DNA of 64,000 nucleotides. It comes from Azolla caroliniana. Taxonomy: Eukaryota; Plantae; Polypodiophyta. The stretch lies in assembly GCA_043228905.1 (NCBI GenBank), contig JBHGNT010000002.1, positions 26,040,001 to 26,104,000 on the forward strand, read 5' to 3'. Shown here in pieces: positions 1 to 12,559 of the stretch. Each line of letters starts with the position of its first letter. The stretch's first letter is position 1. The position numbers were made by a program, and so were the translations under genes. The notes beneath the pieces are model-generated. The model had not been told where the DNA came from, ran no database searches, and saw only the letters and a program-made list of their open reading frames with translations.

Positions 1-3000
1 TGGCGATGATGATGACGATGAAGGCGAAGGCGAAGGAGACGGAGGAGAAGGAACCTCTGATTTTTCTGATGAAACCCCTCCTTCTCCTTCTTGTAATCGT
101 CTCCCTCTCAATGGAAACCCCTCTCTCGCTCATCCTCCCTGTCTTCATTCGCTGCAACAATCAGAACTCTCTTCATCTGAAGGTTAGTAATTCCGTTGGA
201 GATTCCTTGAGTTCTTGACTTCATCTGCACTCCCTGATGATTGTCTGATTGTGAAGACGTTATTCGTGGAAACGAAATGCTAGTATTAGTTTTTCGGAGA
301 AGACTTAAGTTTCAGATTCCGTGATGTTTGTCTGATTGAGAAGATTATGCCATTGGAAATAGAAGGTTGGTACTAATCTTTTCAAACGGCGTGAAGCTCT
401 GGTTTTAATTTCACGCTCTGACAGTTGTTTGATCGTAAATGTTTGTTCTTGGAAATATACAGAAGGAATATTTTCGTTCTTGAAAGGAAAATTGTTTTCT
501 TGAAAAGAATATGTGTTTCATTGAAAATAATTGTTTTTGGAAAGATGAATATAATAGGCAGATTTTCTTTATCAGGAGGAAATGGGAATTTAGTAGGCAT
601 ATTTTGTTCTAGGAAAGAAATAGAAGATTCTATTCTCTGAAGGAAATTGTATTCAGATATTTTGCTTCCTTAAGGAAATAATATAATATGCTGTTTTTGA
701 TGCGTCCTTGCTATATAGATCTGTAAAATCGCTTCAGGACCTTCAATGGTTGTATGCAACAAATAATATTATAAACGATCTGTATGTGCTCACTATCAAA
801 CTTCCAATGCATTTTTGAAATTAGACACTTCCTTCCACGCCAAAAGGAAGCTATTCTTGAGGCTGTTAATACATGTTAATCCATGTGATGAACCATCTAT
901 AAAAAGTCCATGTGTGCACACCATACTGTTGGTCTTATTTTGATATGAAATCACATATATTGGATCCATGTTAAAATGAATTCATTATAGAGGTGTTAAC
1001 AGTCAGCCTCAAAACAACTAAGAGGGATCCTTCTGATGAACCATCAATCAAGGATTCATATGCATTCATGAGGTGCAGTTTGTCTGATTGTAACGATTTG
1101 TATTCTCGGAAAGAAACATTTCTAACAGACACTCCTCCACTATTTCAAGTTGTATGCCACTATATTGTAAGGGATCTGTATGTGATTACTGTATGATTGC
1201 AATGAACTCATGGAACAAAATCTAATGGCTTTGATCCATGCCCATAGAAGTTCATCTAGTGGTGCTGTCTCTGATCAATCATCTACAAGGGTTCCATATG
1301 CAGTGTGTGAAATCTGACCCTATAGTAACTGGTTTTACGGATCGATTAAATGCATCAAAATATATGTATGTACGCATGTATATGCATTCAAATTTCCCGA
1401 AAAATCTCCAGTTTAGTTCTCCAGACAAAACTACTAATGTTTAGGTGGGGGACAGGCAAAATACTTTAAGAGGAGCAACATTAAGTACATATCTTGCCTT
1501 GTATGCACTTAGCTTTCAGAAATCCTTTTGTTAAGTGTGGTACTGTGTATTATTCCAGATGTTTTTTGAGGATGTCTCTGTCTGTAGCACTTAACTTTAG
1601 GTTGTTATGAAAGCTTGATGACATCCTTATTAATTTTGGCACTATTATATGCAATAGATGTTTTTCAACCGTGTATCACGTCCAATTTATCAGCGATGAA
1701 AATTCATCAATTTTTAACTTAGGGCAGAATCTGATTTTATTTTATTTTTGACCCAACGTTTTTTCTCACTGCTAGTCTTCTTCACTATTGTCTGATTTTG
1801 AGCTAAATCTGGCACAGTTAGATGTCTTGAAATAACAGTTTAGGGTCAGTTACTGCTATTTAATATCTGTATTGAATTCCTCATTTATATATTCTACACA
1901 GTTAGCATGAAAAAATTGAGAGATCCTTTCCACTTTTGTATATCCAGCAAGCTTGGAAACTCGTTTATGTTTCAATTCTCCGTGAGTCCTATATTATTGG
2001 TGATGATGTTTCCATAAATGGCCAAAATGATCCATGGGAAATAAAGAGGGATTATTAACCTTTTCCTGTAATTAAATTTTGCTTGTGGAACAAATCAAAT
2101 GTACAGTCTGTCTTCTGGATATTGTTAAAGGAAAAAGTTCTATTTCTAGATACAAAGGAAGTCTAGAAGAGTTAACCATCTATTCCCATCCTCAAAAAAT
2201 TGATGTTTACCTCTTCCAATTCATGTAAATGCAGATAATGATGCACAACTTTAATTTACCCATATTGTAATATACACTCCTAAGTTCTCTGAAGGAATGT
2301 TACTGTGATTTATAGTATACTTTTGATTGAATGTAACTGTTTTAAGAAAAGCATTAACACTGCAGACTTGATTGCATACAGGAATACAGGTTGGTACTGT
2401 ATCAGGCCTACCTATGACTGGAATTGTTGAAATGGGTTTGCCTATAGCTGGAGGGCAATCAACGGTTCATACACAACTTGATCCAATGGTGAGCATGATT
2501 TCTCAATCACCAAATACCAAAAATCTGTCATTATGGATGAGATATGAAAGAAAACCATGTTGTAACTCATTTTGCATTGTTTTGGGCGAGGAGTTTTGTA
2601 CAGTCTTTCTCTGTCTGTCACTCTTCCAAGGACACTTAGGTATGTGTATGGCTAATGAAATCTTGTATTTGTTTTCAGGCTCATATGGCATATCCGATCC
2701 TTGATCCCTATTACTGTGGGCTTGTGGCTTCATATGGATCACCTATGGTTGGTTCTCTCTGTCTCTCTCTCATGCATGCTTAGGCATACTCATAGAAGAA
2801 ATACTATCTTTGGCTATAATCACCTGTCAAAATTAATGTGTTTGTGTTTCTACATCAGTGAATATAACAACATAGAAGTGAACATATGTGGAAAAAATGG
2901 AAGTATTCCATGTATAAACTTCCAAAGCATAGAATGTTTTTACTTTTAGAGACATTCCATTATTTCTGTATGTGAAGTGTCACCAATCAGAGATTTGGGT

Positions 3001-3764
3001 TGTACCCTAGTGAGCATCATCATCCCATGTTGGACATGTTGGGGTGATGTTTGCATTTTAGATATGTTATATGCCCCTCTCCCTAGATTTATTTTGTCTC
3101 TTATAGCATAAAGTTTCTTCTGTAATATTTCTCGATACTGCAGTAGCTCTTTCATTTACATCCTACATTACAGTCTAGATTTAGTTTTTAGTTCGCATCA
3201 CATTATGATTTTAACATTTTTGGGTCTCAGGATTCATACTCCAATTCGGCCTCTATAAAGACATTAATAAAGTCTTTCTTTCTCTCCTTTATCTTAACAG
3301 TTTCTATGAATTCTGACGGGTTATGGGGGCTCAGTTTTATCAACAGATGCTTGGAGTTCAGCAAGTTCGTCGGCTCCTACCATCAGATATGATAGAAGAA
3401 GAGCCAGTATATGTGAATGCTAAACAATATCATGGAATCATGAGAAGACGCCAATCTAGAGCAAAAGCAGAAATGGAGAACAAACTTGTCAAATCTAGAA
3501 AGGTTTGTTATGTTATGTGCCCAAGATAGATGCATCATGTGTTTTTCTTATAAAAACAGAGAAAATAAAGGATTGTTAAGATATGAAGTTCGTTTTCCAC
3601 ATTAGACAAAATAATTCTATTCATATTCAGAATAAAACTTCTTGTTTCAGCCTTATTTGCATGAATCTCGCCATCTCCATGCAAAGAGAAGAGCAAGGGG
3701 TTGCGGTGGAAGATTTTTAAAAGTAAAATCAGATGATGATTCCAAGACCAGCTCCAGAGAGTAG
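1..3764 (+). CDS. NF-YA: Nuclear transcription factor Y subunit A (CBF-B/HAP2), 5' end outside window; exons <1-182, 2382-2488, 2679-2747, 3335-3502, 3651-3764
   Basis: Spliced translation with phase-compatible GT-AG introns gives an acidic N-terminus, [17 protein letters not shown], then the CBFB core [26 protein letters not shown]|[23 protein letters not shown], and a stop at 3762-3764. The exon-4 acceptor could be 3334 or 3346. Confidence 0.93.
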
Positions 3765-4829
3765 AGGAGGAAAAGCTCATGAAAGGAACGTTACTTTCGA
3801 TGAGCAAACTGAACAAGGGATACTACAGAATAAGTAATGAGGAATGCGGAAACTAAATTGAACTTTCATGAAAGTGCCATTGTGATAAGACCACCTAGTT
3901 GTAGAATTGTAGTATAGTTTTTAGTAGCCTGGTAGATAACTCTATTGTAAGGTAAAAGCTCATTCATCAGAAAATGTGTGATGATGCAAGGTAGTTCAGT
4001 ATTGTAAAAAAGAAAAAAGAGAGCATAGTACTACAAACCTATCATATTTTTCTCCTCTTCCATGTGTACATTAGGCTTAGGTTTGCAACATGTCACCAAA
4101 TGCATAATTGTACCTACATAACTTTTGTACATGAGGATATGGTTGGATTTTAACTTCTGAACGTGAAGTCCTGCATCTTGCAGCAGAGGGTTATCTAATT
4201 CTCACTCATTTAACTGTGTTATGTAGAATGCTCATGAGATAGTGACAGTAATGATAGGTCAGGGTTTCAATTGATCTTCAAAAACTAGAGCCCTTGGTCT
4301 ATCTAATCTATGGTGAATAAATAGTATGAACTAACATGTAGAAGTGACTATAATCATCTAATTTATTGGCAAAGTACAACAATATAGCTGCTACTTGACA
4401 TTGAGTAGTTGAGAAATACTGTCCACATTACCCAATTTATCAGTGCACGTTCATGGAGGTAGTTACAAAAGACATAGGACTGCCTTCCTAAAAAATGTTT
4501 ATTCACTAAATGTATCACAGATTTCAACTACTTTATTAATAGTTCAACAATAAGTACTTTATCTATACCAATATGTATACAATGTAGACTTGTAATGCAA
4601 TAAAAATGCAGGATCTATATGTTCTGTGTTTCCTTCTTAGTAAACAAAATATATTGTAAACAGGATCTTATGTTCACCATTTCACTCTTGATCAACTATC
4701 AACTTTAGTCACTCAAACGGTCTTGTTTGTACTAAAGTAGCATGTGTAAAACATTTTCTATGAAAATACCCAATTGACGTTGCCTAAACATGGCTAAAGA
4801 GTATCATGGGAATTACAGCATTTACTCTA

Positions 4830-5500
4830 GCAATGCAATCTATCCTGGAGTGCTCTCAAGGTATATGACTGCCCTCTCTTGCAAGCACTGAGTACGTCAT
4901 TTCCCTGGTTCCATTGGCATGCATTCCAAGTCCACCAACCATTTAAAATGTATGGCCAATAATATGCATCCAAGACAGACTCAAGCTTGGAATACTGCAC
5001 CGAATCATAAATAAGTCCAAATAACACAATAAAAGCCACATCCTTGCTCATCCATTGATTCAAACTCAAACAAAATTTTATCTTTTAGTCATTTATACAA
5101 CATGGATTGGAATGATCCAGGAAGCTTCCAAGGTTTTTCAAATTTATATACTCGGTTAAGCTCCTTCAGAGAAACAACTTGAACAATTTGTTGCTCAGCA
5201 AACCATCAATTTTGACCCATGGTGAGCGAAGGCAACTATGCACAGAATAATTTGAGTGAAACAATATAGAATCAACCATCTGCTAATGGAGCAATCCCCA
5301 GTTTGACCTATCAGTGAAATTAAATGAACAAGAGGATCAGTGATCAGATATTTCCAGACTATCCTGTATACTATGCCATTTGCATAGATACAAAAGCACT
5401 ATGGCCGATTTCTTATCTTCACATCCTACTGGTTTGAAATTCCTTAAATGCATTATTTCACCCATTACTTTGTTGGACGAGGATGGATAAGCATTATCTC
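4830..5500 (-). pseudogene. Heavily decayed PLS-type pentatricopeptide-repeat (PPR) gene fragment
   Basis: Minus-strand fragments across frameshifts and stops resemble PPR motifs: YA(K)WHSIQDSLEISD (cf. YAKCGSLEDA..FD), FESMDEQG, ECMPMEPG and LSACKRG (cf. MPMEPD..W..LLSACK of the E motif). Confidence 0.35.
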
Positions 5501-6244
5501 ATCCATCACATTATTCTAATTAAGAGGACACAAACACACAACATCAAGTAACAAGTCCTTGCATATCCTTGAAAATTGATGTGTGGAAGTTCTCAATACC
5601 AAAAACACAATACAAAATGTTGACGGGTCAAATTCCATCCCAAAAATATCTGCATCCATCCAAATGAAGACCTTTGTATGTACTTCAAATGCCGATAAGT
5701 TGATGTTCTCATCTCAGAAACACACATGCATCAAACAAATGCACCCACTTTCACTTGCACTGAAACATTAGGTAAAGTTTTTTTCAAGGAAAATTACAGT
5801 ATTACCAAAGTGTGCTTGGAATCACATGACTTTGACTTCCATTACTAAGTAGGCTTCTAGTTATATGCTCATTATGCATTAATTATGAAAACCAGAAATA
5901 ACTTCCATTACTTATTACTCTTATTAGAAGCCGTTGCCATCAGATACTTTACGAATTGATTTATTGTGGCACATTCAGGTGAAATGATAATCCTTGAATA
6001 TGACATTAAGATAATATAAATCCTCGTCCCCTTTTCCGTATGTGCTTAATCAGAAAATTTTAATACAGTTATAGGCTCCAACTTTGACTAAGCTTATTTA
6101 GATAATTTCGAAAATGACAAAAGGTAAATATCATCTAATCAATTCATCTAATCACGAAAGGTAAATATCACTGTAAAATTCCTCAAATTTATATTTATTT
6201 ATGTAAAACCAAAACTGAAATTGAAAAGGGAATAGGGAACTTAC

Positions 6245-6403
6245 GGCATACATACCAACAGGTAACACGGTAGTAGCTGTGGCTGGTGCCTCAAAACAAA
6301 TTTTGCTATAAGGATGTCCACTTCGCTCGTAATCAGGATTACCAATCCCAGTCATAATCCCAGGCCGACAATGCTTTTGCTTTTGCTTCTGCAATACCTC
6401 TGG
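6245..6403 (-). pseudogene. Degenerate exon of the kinesin-7 C-terminal RING (zf-C3HC4_3) domain
   Basis: Reads HPYSKICFEAPATATTVLP, similar to the HxCKxCFExPTAAxLLPCRHFC exon of KIN7D-type kinesins. The first Cys is lost and there is an apparent 1-nt deletion before the GTAAG donor at 6244. Confidence 0.6.
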
Positions 6404-6752
6404 CTGGCAAGAAAATAAATACATTCATCAACCACCATATTAAAAGCTAACATGTTCTATAGACTGTTTTTTGTTCACAACTAGACCAAAACACTTCACT
6501 TATATACACATATATGTACTTATTACATAGCACAATGCATATACCAAATGCTAACTCATACAGAAATAAGGCGTCTTTCACATATCATTGAAGGGGTTTT
6601 TGCAATCAAGATGAAGGAGGTTTCATTTTCATATTCTGTTCGGACTCATGTTCCAGATCTTTGTTTGTATAAGTGAGACATAAGCGATCCAATATTGATA
6701 TAAAACAATATTTTCATGGTGATGCCCATGATATATAATATTCGTGGGCATT

Positions 6753-9700
6753 TCAATGCAGGAGAAATATCGTGTGTAGGATTGGCATCGAGATGCATCT
6801 TTTCTGAAAAACGTTTGGTAAAATCATCGGCATCATCATCATAAACATATCCTCATTATTTTAATTTCGTCACTGATTCTCTATTCTAGATTGTCAAGAA
6901 CATACCATACGTTGAGAGAAACTCAACTCTTTATTTCTTCTATGCTCCATCTCAAGGCATGCTATGAGACCATCAACCACCCAATCGTTCCCATTGATCA
7001 CCTGAATCTTCACATGATTTTTCAGCAATACTTGTTTTTGATCTCCCTCAACAAGATTTTTTTGGCATTCAACATGATCATGCTCCATGCGTTCAGTATC
7101 ACTCTTGTCTTTAAGCTTTGAGATGAAGATCCACAGCCCTTTCAAGTCTTTCTCCACCTCTTCCTCTCTCTTCTTTGCTTCCTCAAGCTTCCATTGAAGA
7201 TGCATCATCTCCATGTATTCATCATCCTTGTCACCAAGGGCTCCTTCTAAGCCTATCTGACTCTCTGCTCTTGAATGAAACGAAACAATTATTCAAGTTC
7301 TTCAGAACAAAAATATTAGGTATAAAATCATTTAGGACTACTTAAATAAAAACATCTTGAGCCTTAAACACTACCACTCACTCACAAACAACAGATATAC
7401 ATCATTCCAGTATTAGAAGATACATAAGACTAAAAATAATACATCCTGAAGCATTAGTAACTCACCTGCAAAGCATGGCTTGATGAGTACTCTAGCACAC
7501 ATTGATTCTTGGGAAGCAATAAGGTCTTTTTCAACATTTTCATTCTCATCAGAAAGCCTTGACACATCCTTGCCTTCCATGAAATCGAGTTTGTCTTGCT
7601 TCAACTTCTCAATGTCAGCTTCCTAATTGCATTTAAAAGACGAAGAAAAAACCTAAGTCTATAACTAAAACTTGTTTAAAAAACATGTGCGATTGATAAA
7701 TGAGAGATAGAAATCACTGACAGCACCTGAGGTTGCAACACAAGCTTCGAAATACTCTCTTGAGAACAGGTTTTGTTTAAGAAATTGTAACCTGAAGTTT
7801 CATGATTATTTATACTTTCCTTCCCTTCCGACCTTTGGTTTTCCATGCAAATCTCACAGTCTTTGTACTTAACACCAGTCTTTGTTTTCTTCTCACTCTC
7901 TATACTCTTCTCCTCTGTCAGTGTGGCAATCTGGCTTCTCAATTTCTCTATAATTTCCTCAAGTTGTTTATTTGCAGTTACTTTCTCTTGAAGCTTTTCT
8001 TGGAGCACCCGATTGTCGGCAGTTTTTATCTGAAAAAACAGAAAAAACGAAACAATTTAACACTTTGACATAATAATGAATATTAACGACATAAGAGATG
8101 ATGATAGTGCACTCTTATGGATACCTCTAACTCAAACTTCATTTCATTTAATTGATCCATTAGCAGCTTCTCCATCTACACAATAAATGCATAACAAAAC
8201 ATCACCAGGAAAACAACAATCATATACTCAGACATATTTATCCAATACATATATGATGTGACAAACATGAAAAATCCAAGCGAAGAGTAAGTATCACCTG
8301 TGACATTGTTTCAGGAGTGTTAGCACTAGGAAAGAGAGATTCCCCTGTCTCTATGATACGCTTCTCAAGCCTGTCCATCCGCAAGTTTTTCTCTTCAATC
8401 TCATCTTTCAACGTTTGGATCCGGACCTTTGGTAAAGGATTTTTCATTGCAGGTTATATTCAATTTTAAATTTCATTGAAGAAGAAAAAAAAACCATGGA
8501 AAAAATAAATTTGAATAGTCATAACAAAGAAAATAACATTCTGAAGAGATAGCAGAGAAATTAAAAGAAATTGAGGATAAATAAATAGCTTTGACCATAC
8601 AGAAGACACTGTTTTGTTTGATTTTTCAGGAACACTAGACGCCATTTGTTTTTAAGCACAATAATACCACATGGCTCTACTTAAAATGTTTTCATATGGC
8701 TCATTTCTTTTTTAATTAAGTCTTTTATCTGGTTGTAGTTGATCTCTTTTTTTAAAATCTTATGTATGTAGCTGAAGATCATTGAAGCTAACATTAACTA
8801 TTTCCTCACATTTCTTGCTTAATTTAAAGCTCATGTTAAGTTTTAAAACATGATTAGGGTGTTTTCTCTGAAGGAATTACGCATATAAAAACTCAGAAAT
8901 TCAACAGAAATCCCATCATGAGAAACAACCTGTAAAGCACTGTCATCGGGGTTCCTTGCAGCCTCCTTGAGCATCCTCTTCAATGAACTAGTATTTAAAG
9001 CAACATCACCAGTAAGCATCTTAATTTGTTCTCTTAACAAATCTATTTGGTCTGTCATTGTTTCCTCAGTCTGTCAAATCATATATTATTAAAGTTGTTA
9101 AGATGAAAGTTTTTAAAATACAAATCAGCCATATAGCACATAACAAAGTTATAGAACTCACCGGTGTCGGTCTCCATCCATGAGAAGTTGTAATAAATAG
9201 TTCACCTGCTTGTGTGCGGTGTAACTGATTTTTAGAATCAGAAGAAAACTCACTGGACCAAGAAATAAGCTGTTGTTGCTCTTTCGTTTCCAGTAAGGTT
9301 TCAGGCTGTCCAGTTACCGACATGACAGAACTAGAACTGCTGTCCGAGCGCTCTAACCGTATACTTGAGGCTGAACTTCCTAACATGCTATATTCAGCTC
9401 TCTCAAGTCTCTGCAACTAATAGGACAGGTCATCTCTCATACAAGGGATTCAAATGATAGCTAGTTATGTTCATTGATGCATTCATTCCTTCATTTCTTA
9501 CAAGAAACTGAAATGCTAGAATGTTTCCTTCTTTATTGACACGTTCACTGATTCATATCTAGCAAGGAATACAAATCCTTGCAAGTTTCCTTCATTTATC
9601 CATTCCTTTTAATGCAATGCATTATAATACTGGTGGGAAACTTCAACACGTGATGAAAACCCACAAAACGTTATTATATTGAATGATTCCCTAGCTGAGT

Positions 9701-12510
9701 CACTCGCACATTCACATAGTCTCCTGACGTTTCTGTCTCTATTCCATGAGAGATGACATATGAGACAGCTATCTCTACAAATGCGAGATGAGAGGTGACC
9801 TATGAGAGATGAGATAATTGTGGCTCATCATAAATATATAGAATTATTAAAAACTAAAAAAAATAAGACAAAACTACTGTCAATTCTTACATCATCTTCT
9901 CCAAAACTGTGTCGTCTTATTCTGGTTACAGATAATGGCTCAGCTATCGGAGCCGCCACGCTTGTCTTACTTGATACAAGTATCAGCTTTGTCAGCCTTT
10001 GGATGCGTGCCATCAAAGCTGTTTTAGCTTTCTCCTCTTCTTCTAACCTGGACTGCAATTTAACTTGCCCGGCCTCCAGCTACACATGAAATAAGAACCT
10101 CTACTACATATATCGGCATCGATTGTGTATTTGTTTTCTATATTTTTAAGGACTTATTTGGGTTTCCATTCTAGAATAGAGACAAACCTGTTGACGTAGA
10201 ATGATGATATCCTTTTGTTGACCATCACTACTAAGGTTAGCGTGATTTTTATTAATCATACCTTGCTTCAAATGGTCTAGCTCTTCCTTCAAAGTTATGA
10301 TCTCTTTTTGATATTTCTTTATCAATGACTTCTCATCCAATATCTATAGATAAAAGAAACAAAAGCAAGAAAAGGAAAAAGGAGACACGTTTCTCACTAT
10401 GATTCTGACTTAATCCTTAAGCTATCTTAAATATAACGAAAATAAACATACATACAGTATTGGTAGCTGCCTGCATTTCTACTCGTTTGGCTCTTTGAGC
10501 AAATTTGAGGGTATTGTGTGTCTCTTCGAAGTAGCTTGATGCTGGTGTTATTGTGCAGATTAGCTACAAAACCCACAATCATTACAAACAATGTCAGTTA
10601 CACACAAATGAATTCCACTTCCATTACAAAAAACAATGAAGTGAAAAAACATACAGAAACGCGACCACGGCCGCTTAAAGAAGATTGCAGCAGGCGGGTT
10701 AGTTTTGAATCCCGGAATGGAACATGTGTTGGTTTCCCCTCACTTAGCTTCCCAATAACGGTTCCCAAGGTCAACAAACTTTTATTGATGTATGAACCCT
10801 CTTTTCTCCTGACTCCTGTAGTTTCAGTCTTAGAGCTCTCTGATCCAGCTAAATCAATTAAATTCTGCCACATCATTTTAAGTGTTCATCATAAAAAATA
10901 CACCTAAGCTCTGACATTCAGTATTAAAGTCCTCTAATCCAGATAATCTAATATACATATGCATATGAGCACGTGAAAATAACATTGCTTGCATCCAGAA
11001 ACGGATGCTCTGTCTATACACACAAATATTTATATATAAAAGAATTTAGTAGGAATCTAGATGTTTCTATAATTTAAACTACAACTGCACATGATGCATA
11101 CTTACCAGCAGTGATAATGTTACATTTTTATCGTCAACATCAGATGAATGAGGGCTGCTTTCAATAGTCTGACCAAAACGAGGTTGATTGATAAGCCATC
11201 AAGAATAATATTGCCAATTTATTAGAGATACACACTAAACTACTGTGAAATATCACCAGTGTGAAAATTGTATGGCTTCTACTGCTAAACATATTGAAGT
11301 TGTTTGATCCCACATGCCGATGTTCTGATTGGAAGAGTAAACACATCTTTAGGCACATGAACGTTCATGAACTTCCTTTTTTGTTTGAAATTTACATTAC
11401 CTTCTCCAGCTGCAATAAGGGAAAGGGCGTGGGCAGGTGACAAAACAACTTCTTCTTTCACACCTTCAACATATGTTCCCTGCATTAATCATGAAATATA
11501 TAAAATTCATCAAACATTATCACTGAAAAGCACCAACTCCAACATGTACCAGAACACCCAAAAGTTTCCGGTACATGTACCAGAACACCCTTAAGTTTCC
11601 AAAATATTTAACAGAATACCCCTTTGCAATGGTCAAATCATTGTGGAAATTTCGTAAGGGTATTGTGATGATTTTCAGAGGGGTATTCTGGTAATTTCTT
11701 AGGTGTGTTCTGGGGGTATTAATAGATGCAAACAAAGATGGGGGTAATTTTTGTTGTGTATGATTTGCCATTCCTACCTGGGAATCTTCCCTAATCCTTA
11801 AGTTTTGTTGAGATGGATTTAGCAAGTCATTGATGACCTGGAACACTACATCACTTTGTTTATAACCATTAACCAAAGAGAGCCTCTTTAATCCACTGCC
11901 CTCAATACTATAGACGTGCTTACTCTATTAAAATCAAGTCCTCACCTCATTATAGATCTCGACATATGAAACACGAAGAAGATATTCACGACCTGGAGTC
12001 TAAATAATATTACATATATATAGAAAAGGACATTCAAACTCAGAAGTACTTGTATTTTTTTTAATGATGAGATAGAAGCATTGATGATTCGGAGGCATTG
12101 TGAGAATTAAATAAAAAAGCCTTACATCTTGAATATAGCTAAATACATCCTCCACTGCCAAAGGTATAATTCCTGGAGAGTTTTGATCACCCTGCAGGGC
12201 CAGGCCATTCACATTACCCATTACACCACAAAGGAAAATTTAACACTAAACATTTATGACATGTTTTTTGTGTGCATAATAGAGAAGGTCACATGATAAA
12301 ACTCTTCAGAGTATAACATAAACCACAAAGTGTTTATTTCATCACTGATGTGATCAGGTTCAGAATAAAATGGCTAATTAGTGCATAATTAAGAAATATA
12401 AACGCTTACATGCATAGTGTATGTTTTTCCACTGCTTGTCACTCCATATGCGAATACTGTACCTATTCATACAAATTTCCATGTAACATTTCTGAACGGT
12501 TATATCATAT

Positions 12511-12559
<49 letters not shown>

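Noticed and set aside
6-218. 70-aa ORF with a hydrophobic stretch
   Set aside because: It is an alternative frame of the NF-YA exon. The frame starting at base 2 splices in phase to exon 2382.
3765-5060. miR169 target site expected in NF-YA 3' UTRs
   Set aside because: No convincing GGCAxxTCATCCTTGGCT-like match was seen. The nearest (gccacatccttgctc, ~5036) is poor and far from the stop.
9490-9790. Extra kinesin exon between exons 9891 and 9416
   Set aside because: Splice-like signals exist but the frames I tested contain stops, and the flanking exons already join in phase.
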